DNA from: Candidatus Falkowbacteria bacterium
GTDB lineage: Bacteria; Patescibacteriota; Patescibacteriia; Patescibacteriales; JALSMD01
Assembly (NCBI GenBank): GCA_026987855.1
Contig: JALSMD010000005.1
Span: 1-26,496, forward strand
DNA: 26,496 nt
Direction: 5' to 3'
The notes under the pieces are model-generated. The model saw only the letters and a list, made by a program, of their open reading frames with translations, was not told where the DNA came from and made no database searches. Position 1 is the first letter of the stretch. The number at the start of each line of letters is the position of its first letter. The position numbers and the translations under genes were made by a program. This document shows positions 24,129 to 26,496 of the stretch, in pieces.

Positions 24129-24674
24129 TTATATTTTTTTGATCTGTAAAAAATCTAGCTCAACTGGTGTTTCCCGACCAAACATTGAAACCAAAACCTT
24201 CACCTTTCCTTTGTCTTCATCAATATTAGTTATTTTTCCTTCTAAATTTTTAAATGGGCCGTCAACAATTCTTACTGGCGAACCAACAGAAACATCAATC
24301 TTAAATTTAGGTTCTTCAACTCCCATGCGCTTTTGTAAAGCCTTAATTTCTTTCTCACTAATAGGAGTAGGGACAGTACCAGTACCAACAAAACCTGTTA
24401 CATTAGGGGTATTACGAACAACATACCATGACTCATCTGTAACAATCATCTCTACCAAAACATAACCTGGAAAAATTTTTTCTTCAATAATCTTTCTTTT
24501 TCCGTTTTTTATTTTAATCTTTTTCTCTTTTGGTATTAAAATATTAAAAATTTTATCTCCCATATCCATTGATTCTATTCTTTGGCGCAAATTATGAGCT
24601 ACATTTTCTTCATACCCTGAATAAGTGTGTAAAACATACCAACGTCGGCCTTGATTTAATGTTTGTTTAGCCAT
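24129..24674 (-). CDS. nusG: Transcription termination/antitermination factor NusG
   Basis: WYVLHTYSGYE, FPGYVLVEM, VRNTPNVTGF, KOW motif VRIVDGPF, FGRETPVEL. Confidence 0.99.
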   Translation of the reverse strand: MAKQTLNQGRRWYVLHTYSGYEENVAHNLRQRIESMDMGDKIFNILIPKEKKIKIKNGKRKIIEEKIFPGYVLVEMIVTDESWYVVRNTPNVTGFVGTGTVPTPISEKEIKALQKRMGVEEPKFKIDVSVGSPVRIVDGPFKNLEGKITNIDEDKGKVKVLVSMFGRETPVELDFLQIKKI

Positions 24675-24729
24675 ATTCTTAATATGCTACCAATCTCTTT
24701 TTATATGAAATATAAAAAGGATGGTAACA

Positions 24730-24915
24730 TTACTTTATTAGTAATTCCAAACCCAAAGTAAAAATATAATCCAAAGCCCCCAAAAAAGCGGCCACTCCCA
24801 AGCTAATACCAATAACTAAAAGAGTATAATTGTAGGTCTCTTTCTTTGTTGGCCAAGTAACTTTTTGCATCTCTTCTATTGATTCCTTGATGTAATTTTT
24901 TATTTTTACAAACAT
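24730..24915 (-). CDS. secE: Preprotein translocase subunit SecE
   Basis: EMQKVTWPTKKET followed by one transmembrane helix; directly upstream of nusG. Confidence 0.96.
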   Translation of the reverse strand: MFVKIKNYIKESIEEMQKVTWPTKKETYNYTLLVIGISLGVAAFLGALDYIFTLGLELLIK

Positions 24916-24973
24916 ATTATTAAATTTAGGTAATTAAAAACCGCCCCCTTTGCGGCAGTTCTTCTTAATTTTA

Positions 24974-25002
24974 ATATTACAAAAAAAGTTTTTGTTTGTC
25001 AA
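24974..25002 (-). promoter_or_regulatory. Sigma70-type promoter of secE-nusG-rplK-rplA
   Basis: Perfect TTGACA-N17-TAATAT. Confidence 0.75.
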
Positions 25003-25066
25003 TATATACCTTGTTAATGCGTACAATATATAATAATTTTTACGAAATTATAAAAACAACTTATGC

Positions 25067-26230
25067 CTAAAACATGTTTCTAAGATATAACATTTTTGTT
25101 TTCTGTATCATTTTCTTAAAGCTAAAGTGTTGTTGTACATTATTTTTAGCTTTTTCTCCTACTTTTTCCCTTAAACTAGGGTCATCAATTAATATTTTAA
25201 TTTTTTCTGACAAGCTATTATAATCCTTTGTTTTTACCAAAAAACCACTAACATTATCTCTTATTAATTCGGCGTTTCCTCCTACATTAGTAGCTACAAT
25301 TGGCCTCGCAGCCTGCATTGCTTCAAGTATGGTATAAGAAAGACCTTCTTTAAGCGAAGAACAAACATAAACATCAAACCCTTTTAATAATTTCCAAGCA
25401 CTTTTAATGCGTCCAACTAAAAATACATTGTCTAGAAGTCCATTTTTTGTAATTATATCTTCTAAAAATTTTCTTTGAATGCCATCGCCAATAATTACAA
25501 AAATAGTATCAGGATTATATTTAACTATCTTTTTGGCTGCTTTTATTAAATACTTAAACCCTTTATTAGGATAAAGGTTGCCAATTGACCCTATAACTAA
25601 TTTATTATCTAAGTCCTTTTTAATTAAGCTGGCTAACTCTAAACGCGCTTTTTCTTTTGGGTAGAAAGAAAGTTCAGGAATGCTATTATAAATAACAACT
25701 AACTTATTTTGGGGAATAATATTCTTATTTAAGGCAACTTGATAATCAAATTCAGATACGCAGATAATTTTATCTTTAAAATAAGCAGTAAATTTTTCTA
25801 TATATTCATAAAAAACCTTTTTAATAAAGGACAAAGGCTCATTAAAGACCCAACCATGCGCTGTATAAACAATCAACAAATTTTTCTTCTTTATCTTTTT
25901 AATTAAAAAAGCTGCTAATGATCCCAAAATAGAAACCTTTGAACTGTTCAGATGTACAACATCTGGTTTTATCTTATTGATTAGTTTTAACAAATTAAAA
26001 AAAGCCGCGATATCGCTTATTAAAGAAATTTTGCGCACCAAATACGGCACAACATAATAATCAACATTTATTTCTTCTAATCTCTTAGCAAGCTCTCCTT
26101 TCCCCCCTTGTTCACCAAAAGCGACTAGCACCTTGAACTCATCTTTTAGACTATTTACTAAATCAAAAACATAACGTTGTGCTCCCCCTAATTCTGATTG
26201 GGTTATAATATATAAAATCGTTCTTCTCAT
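25067..26230 (-). CDS. Glycosyltransferase family 4 (GT-B)
   Basis: ITQSELGGAQRYV, PDVVHLNSSK, YTAHGW, EGLSYTILEAMQAARPIVATNVGG. Confidence 0.93.
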   Translation of the reverse strand: MRRTILYIITQSELGGAQRYVFDLVNSLKDEFKVLVAFGEQGGKGELAKRLEEINVDYYVVPYLVRKISLISDIAAFFNLLKLINKIKPDVVHLNSSKVSILGSLAAFLIKKIKKKNLLIVYTAHGWVFNEPLSFIKKVFYEYIEKFTAYFKDKIICVSEFDYQVALNKNIIPQNKLVVIYNSIPELSFYPKEKARLELASLIKKDLDNKLVIGSIGNLYPNKGFKYLIKAAKKIVKYNPDTIFVIIGDGIQRKFLEDIITKNGLLDNVFLVGRIKSAWKLLKGFDVYVCSSLKEGLSYTILEAMQAARPIVATNVGGNAELIRDNVSGFLVKTKDYNSLSEKIKILIDDPSLREKVGEKAKNNVQQHFSFKKMIQKTKMLYLRNMF

Positions 26231-26307
26231 ATTTGATTATATTTGACTTATACCATATTTTATTTAATAATAACTTATAGATAAACATAAATCAAGGAAA
26301 ATTATCT

Positions 26308-26496
26308 ATGAATAAACAAAGCAAAATAATCGGTTTTATTGGCCAAGGCTGGATTGGTAAACATTATGCTGACAATTTCGAAGAACGGGGTTATACTGTT
26401 ATTCGTTATAGCCTAGAAGAACCTTATATTAAAAATAGGGACAAAATTTCTGAATGTGATATTGTTTTTATTGCTGTTCCCACTCCAACAAACCCC
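26308..26496 (+). CDS. UDP-glucose/GDP-mannose dehydrogenase family protein, 5' part truncated by the window end
   Basis: Manual translation: MNKQSKIIGFIGQGWIGKHYADNFEERGYTVIRYSLEEPYIKNRDKISECDIVFIAVPTPTNP, with Rossmann GxGxxG and the AVPTP family motif. Not in the ORF track. Confidence 0.85.
   Translation, partial: MNKQSKIIGFIGQGWIGKHYADNFEERGYTVIRYSLEEPYIKNRDKISECDIVFIAVPTPTNP

Noticed and set aside
738-24465. Antisense or alternate-frame ORFs in the track (e.g. 738..977, 2016..2216, 6918..7307, 7784..8308, 8510..9022, 11092..11412, 21898..22272, 23055..23402, 24121..24465)
   Set aside because: All lie within well-supported genes, have no recognisable motifs, and show the composition expected from reading an A-rich coding strand in reverse.
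24916-25066. tRNA-Trp or rpmG expected upstream of secE
   Set aside because: No cloverleaf or L33-like ORF is present; the spacer holds only a promoter and a short hairpin.

Overview
AT-rich bacterial chromosomal window with 28 supportable CDSs, 26 of them on the minus strand. Gene content and the near absence of Shine-Dalgarno motifs suggest a Patescibacteria/CPR (Parcubacteria-like) genome; this taxonomy is inference. Contents: a secreted coiled-coil protein; a class III ribonucleotide reductase operon (nrdR-nrdD-[49-aa glycyl-radical peptide]-nrdG-small membrane protein) with tandem NrdR boxes; dnaB-ybaB-recR; a secreted Kazal-remnant/DUF5666-like repeat protein; two O-antigen-ligase-like TPR membrane proteins; four glycosyltransferases and a truncated nucleotide-sugar dehydrogenase; a minimal Fe-S cluster (rrf2-iscU-nifU_C-iscS) with an IscR-like operator; a TRIC-family membrane protein, an M48/YgjP-like protein and HtrA; and secE-nusG-rplK-rplA with an L1-binding leader. 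The main finding is a split NrdD: the 690-aa enzyme lacks its glycyl-radical motif, which is encoded by a separate 49-aa ORF (2274..2423) missed by the ORF track. No tRNA, rRNA, CRISPR array or mobile element was seen.
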